From the NCBI GenBank assembly GCA_035221665.1, contig CM069138.1, forward strand, positions 23,064,001-23,128,000: a DNA stretch of 64,000 nt, in the 5' to 3' direction. Made by a program: the position numbers and the translations under genes. Numbering within the stretch: position 1 is the stretch's first letter; every line of letters starts with the position of its first letter. A model generated the notes under the pieces. That model worked only from the letters and a program-made list of their open reading frames with translations, searched no databases and had not been told where the DNA came from. Origin of the DNA: Okamejei kenojei (taxonomy: Eukaryota). Shown one piece after another: positions 63,701-64,000 of this stretch.

Positions 63701-64000
63701 GGCATTACACAGCAGGTCTAACGTATCCTGCTGTGTGTCTGATAGTGGTGCCCCTTCGACTGACGGCCCAAATGCCGTTATGCCTGCTCCGATTAGCTTT
63801 AAGACTTTCTGCAGCATTAGTTCATGCGATCGCATGGTTACACCCATTTGCCTCCAGGTGGCCTGGTTCACAGTGGGTACTCTGAGTGATGCACAATTCA
63901 CAGGTGTCTCATATCGTTTGGATGTTTCATCCATTGTTGATTCTTGGAGCTAGTGAGAGGTCATGTAATTAATGTTTCTGGCCAGATTTTCCTCCATTGC
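60720..64000 (-). mobile_element. DIRS1-like tyrosine-recombinase retrotransposon (gag, RT, RNase H, Dam-like MT, YR), frameshifted, runs off the window
   Basis: gag 63164-63934; RT 62449-62961 (AYLDD); RNase H 61729-62292 (QTDGS..GWGA, INYLEL, DNTT); MT-like region (DLFAS, YAFPPF, VVPDWPTQSWFP); YR N-terminal part 60720-61409 (STKKQY, SARSALS, HPLVSRFMKG). Confidence 0.93.

Overview
Eukaryotic, vertebrate DNA, very probably an elasmobranch (skate/ray/shark), inferred from HE1-type SINEs, CR1 LINEs with 8-nt tails, and Penelope, Rex, L1 and DIRS elements. Most of the window is nested transposable elements. The host gene content is a minus-strand immunoglobulin-superfamily gene. It has two tandem, open, phase-1/phase-1 V-set exons (3597-3947 and 2327-2671), each with a germline-encoded J-like GxGT strand and no recombination signal, so it looks like a non-rearranging antigen-receptor-like (VJ-type) gene that continues left of the window. 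An intact signal-peptide exon that splices in frame lies at 39500-39548. A stop-containing leader-like exon lies just upstream of the first V, and a possible decayed V lies beside the distal leader. Other notable items: Penelope 3' tails carrying minimal hammerhead-ribozyme motifs, some in hairpin insertions with a target-site duplication; a hAT transposon with TIRs and a decayed CGGBP1/DUF659-like transposase; a class I ERV relic; a near-complete DIRS element; and a 13.7-kb 'tandem duplication' around a 500-N gap that is most likely an assembly artefact. Most short ORFs in the track are TE fragments or noise.
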